Position numbers and translations under genes: made by a program. A DNA stretch of 64,000 nucleotides, taken from assembly GCF_006345805.1 (NCBI RefSeq), contig NC_043017.1:17050001-17114000 (forward strand), in the 5' to 3' direction. Below, one piece after another: positions 50,403 to 62,222 of the stretch. The notes below the pieces were generated by a model, which worked only from the letters and a program-made list of their open reading frames with translations, searched no databases and was not told where the DNA came from. How positions within the stretch are numbered: position 1 is the first letter of the stretch; each line of letters starts with the position of its first letter. This DNA comes from Octopus sinensis. Lineage: Eukaryota.

Positions 50403-51153
50403 CCCTTCAGCATTTAAACCAGACACATCCAGCCCAAAATATTCTTCTTGTTTTATGTTGAATCCAGCCGGGACTGGCTTATCGCACCTACCCTACAATG
50501 TTATTCTAAAAATAACAATCGCACTATCAAAATCTCGAAGCTACAAGATAATACTTGATTAATTTAAAAATAATAATAATAATGAAATTATTGTATACAG
50601 TGCTCAGGTGGACCACAACATGTCAGAAAGTGCGTATAAAGCATATGCAGTAATGTACAAATGTCTGGAAAGCGAACAGTGTATGAGTCAGATACATGCT
50701 TGTGTGTGTATGGATGGGAGAAAAATCAGGTGTAGTGTTGGCGAATCTCAGGAAGCATGGAAGTTTTGAAGGATGCAGTGCTCCGACAACTAACAACTGA
50801 TGCCGGCAGTCTGTTCCACGCTTCAGCAACTCACAGCGTGAAAAAATGTTTCCTAAAGTCATGGGAGCTGTGCTGTTTTCTGACTTTGTAAACATGTCCA
50901 CGGGTGTTAGATGGGTGGAGTTTGAAAAGGTGCTCAGAGTTATTGTTTGTAAGATGGTTGATAATTTTATGGGTGTTTGCCAAGTCAGCTGCCAGACGTC
51001 GGAGTTTCAATGTGTCCATGCCCAGGGAAGTAAGGCGTTCAGAATATGGCAAATGCCTGATGGAGGGTATTCTTTTGGTTGCATTTAAATTATTAATTTA
51101 AAATGATGATTAATTTAAAACAATGTAAACCAATAAGTCTGAAAGCCAAAGAG
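50403..51153 (+). mobile_element. MITE family 2 interrupted by a CR1-like LINE 3' end (50570-51106, - strand)
   Basis: LINE peptide YSERLTSLGMDTLKLRRLAADL...TRGHVYKV...RKHFFTL, (ATT)n tail and 14-bp TSD. Confidence 0.88.
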
Positions 51154-51378
51154 TTATACTCTCTGAACTAGAACACTGCTTACCTTTATGGCATAGTGCA
51201 TACACATTCATACAAACTCATACATACATTCACACTCCCACACACATGGACCAAATTCCATTTATTGTATAAACATCATCTGCTATGACCAAATTTATTA
51301 TAAATAATAAATTCTCTAAATATTTTAGTGTAATACAAGTGTAACTTTCATTATTTTCTGTTTATTTTGGCATTTCAG

Positions 51379-51401
51379 GCCCAGCTCCTGGTGGAAACAA
51401 A
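51379..51401 (+). CDS. ANXA7: Annexin microexon (G)PAPGGNK
   Basis: Acceptor ttggcatttcag, donor aaa|gtaagt. The 23-nt exon (phase 1 to 0) is needed to join exon 48281 (ends phase 1) to exon 52369 (starts phase 0). Confidence 0.8.
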
Positions 51402-52368
51402 GTAAGTTCCATTAATGTTTCTTTTTTTTGGTTGATATATATTTATAAATTATATATATTTATAGCCAAATTAATAGTGTCAAATAGCTGAGTACAAGAT
51501 TTTATCGTCATTTTAATATCCATTGTTACATGCTCAGAATTCATTGAGGCAGATTTTTTACAACTGGATGCTCTTCCTGTCACCAAACCTCACCTGTTTC
51601 CAATTAAGGTAATTTTTTCCTGAAGGCCAGACAAGTTTTTCATAGAAGACTGGAAACAAATGGTGCATGTTCACAACTCCCACACATGCATGCACAGTAT
51701 GTCTAGCTTTAAGGAAATGTTACCTTACTTGGAAACTGAGTTGGTAATAGGAAAAGTATCTGGCTCCACCTCAGCAAATTCCATCTGACCCATCCCATGC
51801 AAGCATGGAAAAGGAGACATTAAATGTAGATGTTGCTGTTGAGCGAACTGTCTTAGTCCGAGAGCTCGCAAGATGGGAGAAGTCCGCAACATGGTCCTCT
51901 GCTATTCGTAAGACCCGCAGAAGAGAAAGCAGGTCAACCCCCGACACCGAGAGCATCGACGGATGGATGAATGCGCATCCAGGCTTAGTGGTTAGAGTAT
52001 TTGGCTTGCAATCATAAGGTCGCGAGTTCAACTCTCAGTGACACATTTCATGTTGCCCCAGTTCACTCAGCTGGGAAAATGTGTACTTCCTGTATTCGAA
52101 AGGTCCAACCTTGTCATATTCTGTGTCATGCTGAATTTTCCTGTACACGTGTCAGTAGTGTACTCAGCCACTTGCATGAGCAGACAGTTCTGTTGATCAG
52201 ATCAGCTGGAACCCTCATCATTGTAAGAGATGGAGTGCCATATTACTGATACTTTATATTTTTTTTATTATCCATTCTGCATCATCTTTCGTCTTTGAAA
52301 TTTTCTCAATTATCTACTTTTTTTGTCAAATGATCTGCTGTCACAGTCTCGTCTCATTTACTTTTTAG

Positions 52369-52507
52369 CCAAAACCTTTGACCGATGATATGAGGAAAAT
52401 GGCCATGTATGGAGGTCACCAAGTATTCCGCCCTACAGTAGTACCGGTCAACCCTTTTTCTGCAGAGGAAGATGCTAAAGTGTTGCGAAATGCTATGAAA
52501 GGATTTG
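52369..52507 (+). CDS. ANXA7: Annexin linker and start of repeat 1: PKPLTDDMRKMAMYGGHQVFRPTVVPVNPFSAEEDAKVLRNAMKGF(G)
   Basis: Acceptor tttactttttag, donor ttg|gtgtgt, 139 nt. Contains the annexin motif DA..LR.AMKGFG. Confidence 0.93.
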
Positions 52508-52579
52508 GTGTGTAGAACCCAGAATTTTTTAATACTATTTACTTCATCAATACTTTTAATTTGCTAGAACCGTCTTTAA

Positions 52580-52750
52580 CTCCTTACCCAACAATTATTT
52601 TGAAAATAAATGTATTTTTTCAGACATATTTTTTAATTGTTTTATTCTACTATGTTTTGGCGAGTCTATCTTTTGACGAGTTAACTCACCAGAGATAGAA
52701 AAAAACGATTTCGGTCAAAACGCATGTATTCGTTTCTGCCGGGTAAGGGG
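52580..52750. mobile_element. TTAA-flanked MITE, family 3
   Basis: TTAA-ctccttaccc ... gggtaagggg-TTAA. Confidence 0.75.
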
Positions 52751-52962
52751 TTAATAACACTTCATGCTTTTAATCCGATGTGGTTCTGACAGATTCAACT
52801 GCTTTTCTGCATCTGGAAGATCTTCAGCAGCAGCCAAAAACTCTGGGATTCGAGAAGTTGCTTGGGGTTCAAATTACCGAAGATTCATTTGCTGCCAAAA
52901 GTCTCAAAAGTTCTGCAAGAGCAAAGACTCAGTGAATGGTACAACAACTGTCGCAAGCTTAA

Positions 52963-53181
52963 CCCTTTAGTATTTAAACCGGCCATATCCGGCCAAAATA
53001 GCTAATCTGTTTTATGTTCAAACTGACCAGATCCAGGCTCTCACACCTACCCTACAATGTTATTCTACATTAGGTAATTACACCATCAAGATCTTGAAGA
53101 TATGAGATAATGCATGATTAATTCAAGTCAATGGGAATCAATAGGCATTATGTTTGATTGAATAATCTGAACACTAATGGG
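52963..53181 (+). mobile_element. piggyBac-type MITE family 2
   Basis: TTAA-ccctttagta ... cactaatggg-TTAA. Confidence 0.88.
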
Positions 53182-53518
53182 TTAATGATGCTAAGTAGCC
53201 TGTCAGACTCCAAGAATTATCAGAAGCTTTTTGAGTTTATTGCTGTACGATATCCAACATCTATGGAATGCCTTGTGATCTGTCATTAGCTATGAGAATG
53301 TGAGCAGTTGTTTTAACAATTGTTACAAGTTCCATGTTTGTTAGAAACTCTGCAAAGAAATCAAAACACCAGACCCCTTGGTTATGTATCAATAGGTCAA
53401 AAACAGGGAATCCAAGAAACTGGTGTCAGCAAACATTGTACAATAAAGTTCATGAGTTTGCAGAAATTAACATGTTGTTAGGAGAAAAAAGATCTAACAT
53501 TTCAGGTATAACTATCCG

Positions 53519-53681
53519 TAGGTGCAGGAGTGGCTGTGTGGTAAGTAGCTTGCTTACCAACCACATGGTTCCGGGTTCAGTTCCACTGCGTGGCACCTTG
53601 GGCAAGTGTCTTCTACTATAGCCTCGGGCCAACCAAAGCATTGTGAGTGGATTTGGTAAACGGAAACTGAAAGAAGCCCGT

Positions 53682-53743
<62 letters not shown>

Positions 53744-54119
53744 TGTGTGTCTGTGTTTGTCCCCCCAACATCACTTGACAACTGATGCTGGTGTGTTTAT
53801 GTCCCCGTTACTTAGCGTTTATGTCCCCGTTACAAAGCCTTGTGAGTGGATTTGGTAGACAGAAACTGAAAGAAGCCTGTCGTATATATGTATATGTATA
53901 TATGTATGTGTGTGTGTGTTTGTGTGTCTGTGTTTGTTCCCCTAGCATCGCTTGACAACCGATGCTGGTGTGTTTACGTCCCCGTCACTTAGCGGTTCGG
54001 CAAAAAGAGACCGATAGAATAAGTACTGGGCTTACAAAAGAATAAGTCCCGGGATCGAGTTGCTCGATTAAAGGCAGTGCTCCAGCATTGCCGCAGTCAA
54101 ATGACTGAAACAAGTAAAG
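53519..54119 (+). mobile_element. SINE A with internal tandem duplication
   Basis: The body restarts at aaagccttgtgag after a duplicated gtttatgtccccgttac. Confidence 0.9.
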
Positions 54120-54123
54120 GACT

Positions 54124-54368
54124 AGAGTTCGGGTAGTACTGAGGACATGTAAGAACAGAGTGAAATTGAGCAGACAGGCATAAACATGTTAAGGGGTTTA
54201 ATAAGTTAACTTTGTACCTCTTGTTACACCCAAACAATTATATTCCCTATTTCCCACGACACATGCCAAACTTACAAAAAAGTTAACTTATTAAACCCCT
54301 TAACATGTTTATGCTTGTCTGCTCATTTTCACTCTGTTCTTACATGTCCTCAGTTCTACCCGAACTCT
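54124..54368. mobile_element. MITE with ~90-bp TIRs
   Basis: agagttcgggtag...aagttaact / agttaactt...ctacccgaactct. Confidence 0.88.
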
Positions 54369-54395
54369 TTGACTGAAAAATCTTCCTTCACATAT

Positions 54396-54795
54396 ACTCT
54401 TTACTCTCTTTACTCTTTTACTTGTTCCAGTCATTTGACTGTGGCCATGCTGGAGCACTGCCTTTAGTCAAGCAAACTGACCCCAGGACTCGTTCTTTGT
54501 AAGACTAGTACTTATCCTATCGGCCTCTTTTGCCGAACCGCTAAGTTACGGGGACGTAAACACACCAGCATCGGTTGTCAAGCGATGTTGGTGGGGACAA
54601 ACACAGGCACACAAACATACACACATACATATATATATACGACGGGCTTCTTTCAGTTTCCGTCTATCAAATCCACTCACAAGGCTTTGGTCGGCCCGAG
54701 GCTATAGCACTTGCCCAAGGTGCCATGCAGTGGGACTGAATCCGAAACTATGTGGTTTGTAAGCAAGCTACTTACCACACAGCCACTCCTGCACC
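54396..54795 (-). mobile_element. SINE family A
   Basis: Near full length. Confidence 0.92.
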
Positions 54796-55252
54796 TATAT
54801 ATTTATGCTTAAAAATCCATCGTCTGAAAGTCTCCACTTTTGGCTTTCTCTCATTTTGTGTGTATATACATTCTTTGTACTTCATACCAAAACCATTTTT
54901 AATATTAATATTTTTAATGTATCTAATTTGCTTATGTACATGATTGCCTCTATTCCTGTTCAACTCGACCCCTCTTAAGCCTTTCTTTACTTTGTGGACT
55001 CAATCCCCTGTAAAGAGTCTAAGTTTGAATCTTTTGAGCACTATTAAGTGTCTTCTATACTGGAAATCTCTAGATCTTATATGTGGACTCTGTGTATGTG
55101 TGTGTGAGACAGGCTTCCACATAGTTTCCATCACTTGCCCAAGGTGTTTTGCTGTTGAGGGAACTGAACTTGAAACCATATGGTTTCAAAGCTACCTTCT
55201 CAACCACACAGCCATGCCTGTATGCATGCACGCACACACACTCACACACACA

Positions 55253-55291
<39 letters not shown>

Positions 55292-55443
55292 AAAGTGAAA
55301 AGGTTTTTGAATTAGAGTTGCCAAGGTAATCCTCTTGATGACGATGTTACTGGAAGATTATGATGATGTTACTGATGATAATGTTGTTGTTTACACATGA
55401 TTACACATCATATTATTGAAGATGGTATTATACTTTATTTCAG

Positions 55444-55538
55444 GAACCGATGAGTCTGCAATAATTTTCATCATAAGTAAAAGAACCAATAGCCAAAGAC
55501 AGCAAATTGCTCAGATGTTCAAGACAATGTATGGCAAG
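55444..55538 (+). CDS. ANXA7: Annexin repeat 1: GTDESAIIFIISKRTNSQRQQIAQMFKTMYGK
   Basis: cag| and |gtaac boundaries, 95 nt. Contains GTDE...R...QR...YGK. Confidence 0.97.
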
Positions 55539-56735
55539 GTAACAACTTTTTAGGGAGCCTTAATCTTTAGTCTCCTTGTAAATCTTCCCTAATTCATATA
55601 ACCCTGTAAGAGATTTATTTACATGGATTATAAATACACTACATACAAATGTAAGCAAATGCTATGCATTACTTGTATAGAGCACATATTAAAGATGAAT
55701 ATGTTTGTGCGTGTGGATGTGTGCGTGAATCATTCGAAACGGTAGCCTGTAGGCATTTCTCTGTCGTCTCCAAAATGCGAGGCAAGATAATTCCATCTGC
55801 TGGTGTGTCAGCTCCGATTGTGTTTCTTTCTCTGTTTTTCCCTTGTATTTATAATATTTGAGACAGCTAGAAAGATAGACATACTGCAACAGAGTTACTA
55901 CTTAAGTAGGTCAGCACTTGTCCAGTTGAACTTCGCCTGACATGGCTGAGGTCGTAGGTCAAAGGGAGATGATCAATCACTTTTTGACAGAACAAAGGGA
56001 TCTTTAAATTTCGTGCCTATACATGCATTGGTTTTTGACGACCGATGATTCTTGGATTCGATTTCGAATCTAAGCTTAGAGAAGGAAGTGCTAACTCTTA
56101 CAACCCTTTCTCTTTATTTTGACCTAAGTCTATACGCTCCTGGTTCTCAACTGGGGCCCACATAAGATTTTGTTGCTAAAATTTATCTGCAATAAATTGT
56201 TTATATTCCTACAATAGACAAAGTATTTAAACCATTTTCTTTTTTATACAGTTCCTAATAATATTTACTTATAAAAATATAATAGGATTTTTTTAAACAT
56301 TGAATTATTATGAGGGTCCACCTGAATTAAACAGGAATCAAAAGGGTCCATAGGTAAACAAGGGTTGAGAACCAATGTTATACAGAGATATCTTCAGCAG
56401 CCTGTAAATCAAATTGTTTCCAATTCTTTCTGTGGTGCCTGGATCCCATACTCAGTTATCTTCTGCAGGCTCTGATACAACTCCAATGGGGCTGACAACA
56501 GTTTTATGTTTGTATCAAAAGTGAGACATTTCATTGATATGCTTAGATTCTTTTCTGAAGTAATTGAAACGTGTTTCACTAAATTCCTACTCAAAGGGAA
56601 GGCAAAGGACAGGAATTCCTCTGCTTGTTGCTTTGACAATTTACTTCAAAAGTATTTCTTTCCAATTGTCACATTTAGTCTGAAAGAATTAAATCGTCAT
56701 GTATCTTTCTTTTTCTTTTTTTTTTTTTTTTCAAG

Positions 56736-56849
56736 GATTTGATAAAGGACCTGAAATCTGAATTAAGTGGGAACTTTGAAAATGTTGTCTTAGCCATGTT
56801 CAAAACTCCGGCTTATTTTGATGCCTGGTCTTTACAAGAAGCCATTTCG
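56736..56849 (+). CDS. ANXA7: Annexin repeat 1/2 junction: [38 protein letters not shown]
   Basis: Poly-T tract then caag|, donor |gtaagt, 114 nt. [13 protein letters not shown] and DAWSL match my recollection of ANXA7. Confidence 0.97.
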
Positions 56850-57061
56850 GTAAGTTATGAAGAAAATTGCAAAGATCATACATTTTGTTTTTAATGTTGA
56901 ATATCTAATTTTGCGTGATGTAGTAAATAAAAAAGAACTCTTTCTGGTTCTGTTTTCTGATATTTTTCACATTTCTCCCTCTCCAAATCAGTAAGCAAGC
57001 AGATAGAAATTATTTTATTCATTGGGACACAAAACTCTACTTGTGAAGACCTGTTGAGGCA

Positions 57062-57444
57062 AATGATAATCAAAATCAAAATCGAAATCGATCAACATCA
57101 ATGGAAATTGTAGCTGCGATACCAGTGCCAGTGGCACGTAAGAGAACCATCCGAATGTGGCTGTTGCCAGTGCCACCCCGACTGGCCTCCGTGCTGGTGG
57201 CACATAAAAAGCACCATCCGATCGTGGCCATTTGCCAGCCTCGCCTGGCACCTGTGCCGGTGGCACGTAAAAAGCACCCACTACACTCATGGAGTGGTTG
57301 GCGTTAGGAAGGGCATCCAGCTGTAGAAACTCTGCCAGATCAGACTGGGCTTGGTGCAGCCTTCTGGCTTCACAGACCCCAGTTGAACCGTCCAACCCAT
57401 GCTAGCATGGAAAGTGGACGTTAAACGATGATGATGATGATGAT
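57062..57444 (+). mobile_element. Family C repeat, longest copy
   Basis: Its 5' end overlaps the RTE 3'UTR at ~42295-42345. (GAT)n tail. Confidence 0.92.
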
Positions 57445-58140
57445 TGAAACAAAATTTACAATTGTTTTGTATCCACCCATCTATCTTCTCTGTCCTAGGC
57501 AGGTTGTGGGGCTAGAGTCCTCAGGCACCCTCTCTATAAGGTCCTATCATATGCAACAGTTATCACACTTTCTAGCTGGGTTCCCAAATGTGAGCAACTG
57601 GGATTATGGAAGGTGGATGATTATGTTTGAAAGAGATTTGCAATGAGACAGTTCTTTCTTAATATGCCCCACCAGTTTTACGTTACATAAAGGGTTACTA
57701 GTGAGTAAACTGCTCTAGAGAGGATCCTCCACATTCAACCAAAATTCAAAAGGAGTTTCAAAAGGGGAAACTAGTTTAATCCTCCATTCAATCTTGATGT
57801 TTCCAATAATATAGCTGGAAGCTTCTTGATACTAATTAGGCAGCATTTCTGAAGAAGCCATAGATATCATTAAATCTTTAATTCCATAACTCGGCAGTCA
57901 TGCATCACACCAGTGGGAGGAACCCACTTTCTCCCACTTTACAGTGGTGGCAATGAGGAAAAACAAATTTACATGGAGTGAAAAAAAACCATTCACATGG
58001 AGAGTTTAAACTTATTCATGTGGAAAATTAAATAACTCGACAAAAAAGAAACGAAAATTTTGTTGTGCAAACTTAAGAAAATCATAAAATATGGAAGACT
58101 TGTTAGCTGAGGTAATTGAGTTGTAAAAACAGCAACAACA

Positions 58141-58498
58141 GGAGGCACAATGGCCCAGTGGTTAGGGCAGCGGACTCGCGGTCGGAGGATCGTGGTTTCG
58201 ATTCCCAGACCGGGCGTTGTGTGTGTTTATTGAGCAAAAACACCTAAAGCTCCACGAGCCTCCGGCAGGGGGTGGTGGCGACCCCTGTTGTACTCTTTCG
58301 CTCCAACTTTCTCTCACTCTTTCTTCCTGTTTCTTGTCCCCGACTTCCTACACAACCGCTGAGCCTGGATGCGCACTCATTCATCCGTCGATGCTCTCGG
58401 TGTCGGGGGTTGACCTGCTTTCTCTTCTGTGGGTCTTACGAATAGCAAAGGACCACGTTTCGGACTTCTCAAAGACCGTTCACTCAACAAACAAACAG
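58141..58498 (+). mobile_element. tRNA-derived SINE family D, full length, 12-bp TSD
   Basis: A box tggcccagtgg, B box ggtttcgattcc, TSD acagcaacaaca at 58129-58140 and 58499-58510. CpGs are retained. Confidence 0.92.
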
Positions 58499-58719
58499 AC
58501 AGCAACAACAACAACTCAAGGAACAACGAGAACAACAACAAGGATTACAGCAGCAGATGTTAAAACTAATGAAGTTGGTAACCAAACTGGAGAATACATT
58601 TTCACCTGACCATGTAGCAAATTCCATAAGCGAATTCAAATATGACCCCGAAGAAGGAATAACCTTTGGGGCTTACTTTGGAAGGTTTGAACAAATTTTT
58701 GAAAAAGAACATCAGGATT

Positions 58720-58990
58720 ACGTAAAGTATACTAGCCATCTCAATATGGCTAACCACTAAGGGTGGGTATTACTGTAGCTTTTAGCCCCAGGAGATCATC
58801 GTCTCCAGCTGGTTTTAGGCACACAAGGGCACAGAAAGTGTGCCCAAAGCCAGCTGGAGACGATGATCTCCTGGGGCTAAAAAGCTACAGTAACACCCAC
58901 CCTTTGTGGTTAGCCATATTGTGATGGCTAGTATACTTTACGTTGTCGAGCGGTTACTGTTTACATCTCGTTTAGAGATTTATTATTAAT
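58720..58990. mobile_element. 271-bp insertion: 224-bp hairpin plus 47-bp tail, 9-bp TSD
   Basis: TSD atcaggatt at 58711-58719 and 58991-58999. Removing the insertion restores gag EKEHQDWMDEMK. Confidence 0.9.
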
Positions 58991-59469
58991 ATCAGGATTG
59001 GATGGATGAAATGAAAACGTACCTAGTTTTAAGAAAACTAGTGACAGCAGAGCATGAGAAGTATGGTAAGTTCATATTGCCAAAAAAAGGGTCCGACACA
59101 GTTGCCATTTTGTGCAAAATGTTTAGTGAAAAAAGTTCACTGGTTAATTCTGGATGGAAATGTTTAAACATAGAAAAGAGTAAGATGAAGACTTCACTAC
59201 TTACAGAGGCAGAGTCAACAGAGAATATGAGAGATTTAGGTTGGAAATGCTTACTCTAAATTCTTTCAAGTGTTTGAATTTTACACAAGGATTGACAGGT
59301 AAAATGGATGCAGAAATCTGAATGAAAATTCTAGCAAAATTGGGAATGAACCAGGATTTGACATTGCAGTAACTGTCGGAAGAGTGTGACATGATATTAG
59401 AATTAAGGCATGACATGGAAGAAATTCAATGGAAAGAGTGTTTTCACATAAGACAATGCAAAAAAGTCA

Positions 59470-60044
59470 GAAGACAAATAAAGTATTGCAGGAAAAACAG
59501 AAAAAATATCAGGATGTAAACCCAGGTATGGCATGTGGTGGGATGCACCTGTGAAAAGAATGTCCATATAAAAGAGCAAAGTGTTTTTGCTGTGGGTTTA
59601 CAGGATATATAAAAACATGGAAAATTTTAAACAATTGAGAAAATTGTTGAAGGTAAATAGTTGATTAGAAACTGTATATCCTAGTTTTTACAATAGGTGC
59701 ATCATATCCCTGTTTGTTGTAAGGGGCAACCAAAAGGAAGGGCATCCAGCCATAAAGTACTGCCTCTAACCCATGCCAACATGGAAATGTGATCCTCTGT
59801 TTGGAATTAATCTGGTCATATGCTTCTTATATTGATTGAAGGCAAACAACATACATGGTTAATATGAATCATGAAGCAACTTATTTGCACCTTCATCTGA
59901 AGACAAATAAAGTATTGCAGGAAAAACAGAAAAAATATCAGGATGTAAACCCAGGTATGGCATGTAGTGGGATGCACCTGTGAAAAGAATGTCCATATAA
60001 AAGAGCAAAGTGTTTTTGCTTTGGGTTTACTGGACATATAAAAT
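59470..60044 (+). repeat. Y-X-Y direct duplication, period 429 bp
   Basis: Y is a gag segment; X is a copy of the intron sequence at 62223 onward. Confidence 0.95.
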
Positions 60045-61043
60045 CACAGTGCGGAACTAAAATGATAGGAAAATGGAACAAACAAGAAAAAATAAATAGT
60101 TTGTCAGCAAGAAAAGGTGTGGCTACAACAAACAGAAAATTCGTGAATGTGAGAATTGAAACCACTAATGTCGGAATGCAGTTAGACGCGAGAAGTGACA
60201 TCACAATCATAAATGAGAAAACATGGGAACAAATGGGTAAACCAAAATTATGTAGTTCAAATATTTCTCAGGCATTTGTAATAATTCACATAGAAAATTA
60301 AATAACTCTACAAAAAAGAAACAAAATTCTTGTTGATCAAACGTACAATAATTATAAAATATGGAAGACTTGTTAGCTGGGGTAGTTGAGGTCGAACCAA
60401 AAAAATGAATGTTTATGTGTTGAAAGAATCCATGAATTTAATTGGCTTTGAATGTATGGAGAAATTTAATTAATGGGATACACCCATAAGTGTATTGTGC
60501 AATAATGTAAATGGAGCAGTCAAACAATTGAATGAGGTCGATGAATTGAGACAAAAAATGAAAGAAACTTTCTCAAAAGATTTCAATGGCTGGATGCCCT
60601 TCCTAACACCAACCACTCCAAGAGTGTAACGGGTGCTTTTATGTGCCACCAGCATAGGTGCCAGTTGTGTGACATCAGAGTTGCGTGATATATATATACC
60701 TATGTGTATGTGTCTTTGTGTCTGTTTGTCCCCCCCACCACTGCTTGCCAACCGGTGCTGATGTATTTACATCCTTGTAACTTCAGCAAAAGGGAATGAC
60801 AGAATAAGTACCAGGCTTTAAGAAAATAATACTGTGGGGCTTTTCGTTCAACTAAAAATTCTCCAAAGCATTGCACCAGCATGGCCACAGTCTAATGACC
60901 GAAACCAGTAAAAGATAAAAGGCAGAAGCTGCTGAAGCTGCAAAACTTCCTGTAAAACATTAAAAGCGTGTGTGTGTGTTCGCGTATGTGTGTACGTATG
61001 TATGTAGTGTCTTTAAAGAACTGATTATGGTATAATGTCCATA

Positions 61044-61279
61044 ATGTAAGGCGGCGAGCTGGCAGAAACGTTAGCCAGTCGGGCGAAATGCGTAGCCATA
61101 TTTCGTCTGCCGTTACGTTCTGAGTTCAAATCCCACCGAGGTCGACTTTGCATTTCATCCTTTCGGGGTCGATAAATTAAGTACCTGTTATGCACTGGGG
61201 TCGATGTAATCGACTTAATCCGTTTGTCTGTCCTTGTTTGTCCTCTCTGTGTTTAGCCCCTTGTGGGTAATAAAAAATA
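61044..61279 (+). mobile_element. SINE family B, full length, 15-bp TSD
   Basis: TSD ggtataatgtccata at 61029-61043 and 61280-61294. Confidence 0.93.
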
Positions 61280-61359
61280 GGTATAATGTCCATACTCACC
61301 ATTTTTATATCTCCAATGTTTGATTGATTATATTGTTGTTGTTGTTGTTTTATTGATAG

Positions 61360-61450
61360 GGTATTGGAACAAAAGAATCTGTTCTAACGGAAATCCTTTG
61401 CACAAGAACCAATGCTGAGATTCGAGAAATCCAGGACATTTATAAACGCT
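61360..61450 (+). CDS. ANXA7: Annexin repeat 2: GIGTKESVLTEILCTRTNAEIREIQDIYKR
   Basis: gatag| and |gtatgt boundaries, 91 nt. Has the GxGT calcium loop and EILCTRTN.EIREI. Confidence 0.97.
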
Positions 61451-62137
61451 GTATGTTTTTTTCTTAATTACTTATTCATTTGAGTATTTATATATTTTGT
61501 TTTTGTAGTGGAATGAACACCCCTAAAAACAATTATGCTGATATGCTCCACCCCGCCATCCATCTATCTCTTAATTCTTGCACTTGAAAGTGGATGAAAA
61601 AAATTCTTCATTACAGAACAAGATATTATTGTTTGCTTCTGACTGGAACACAGTAACATTTCAATTTTGTTAGAGTTGGATCAGAATGTAAAAATTTGAA
61701 TTAAATTCTCTGTTCTTTTGGGTTTCAAATTTACTTGACAGTGAGGCTATTGTCTTGGACAGGGGAATCAAGTCTTTGACTCTGGATGTAACTAATCATA
61801 ACCACACAGATAATTGTAATTAGAAGGGTTTCACTGAAGGATTCTTTCCAATGTTGGAAACACTTAGGGAGTAGATATCATACCTTTATGAGTAAAGGTA
61901 TGGTATCTACTTGCATTAAATAAAAGACCTGTTCAAGATTTATAATTCATAAATATGCCACAGAAACCAAAGTAAAGCACGATGGCTTTGGACATCTTTG
62001 GTTTGTGGAAGGATTACTGCATTAAGCTGTTTAATTGTGGAAGATGAAACTGGTGAAACATGACCGCCATTTTAGGTAAAATGTGGGATTTAGCTGTTGA
62101 TTTCTGTTGATTTATTATTTTTTAAATTTCTCTGCAG

Positions 62138-62217
62138 CATTTAATCGGAATCTGGAAAAGGATATTATGTCCGACACAAGTGGATATTTTAAGCGTTTGC
62201 TTGTTTCATGCTGTCAG
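62138..62217 (+). CDS. ANXA7: Annexin repeat 2 end: (S)FNRNLEKDIMSDTSGYFKRLLVSCCQ
   Basis: tctctgcag| and |gtaagt boundaries, 80 nt. Has LEKDI.SDTSG.F.RLLVS. The gene continues beyond the window. Confidence 0.97.
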
Positions 62218-62222
62218 GTAAG

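Larger units (their letters stand above)
58020..60590 (+). mobile_element. Gypsy gag-protease remnant with multiple nested insertions
   Basis: MEDLLAEV..QQQQ..FSPDHVANSISEFKYDPEEGITF, LRKLVTAEHEKY, FKCLNFTQGL, a composite CX2CX4HX4C knuckle, and protease RKFVNVRI...MQLDARSDITII. Confidence 0.88.

Noticed and set aside
52764-53516. Coding-like stretch on both sides of a MITE
   Set aside because: It has multiple stops when rejoined and no splice signals, and is most likely an old LINE ORF2 fragment that I could not classify.
54136-54166. CTGAGGA...GAAA hammerhead-like spacing in the MITE TIR
   Set aside because: Only a 2-bp stem II is possible and there is no stem I.
58141-58215. tRNA-like sequences here and at other SINE heads
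   Set aside because: They run into SINE bodies with TSDs and lack a complete acceptor stem, so they are not called tRNA genes.
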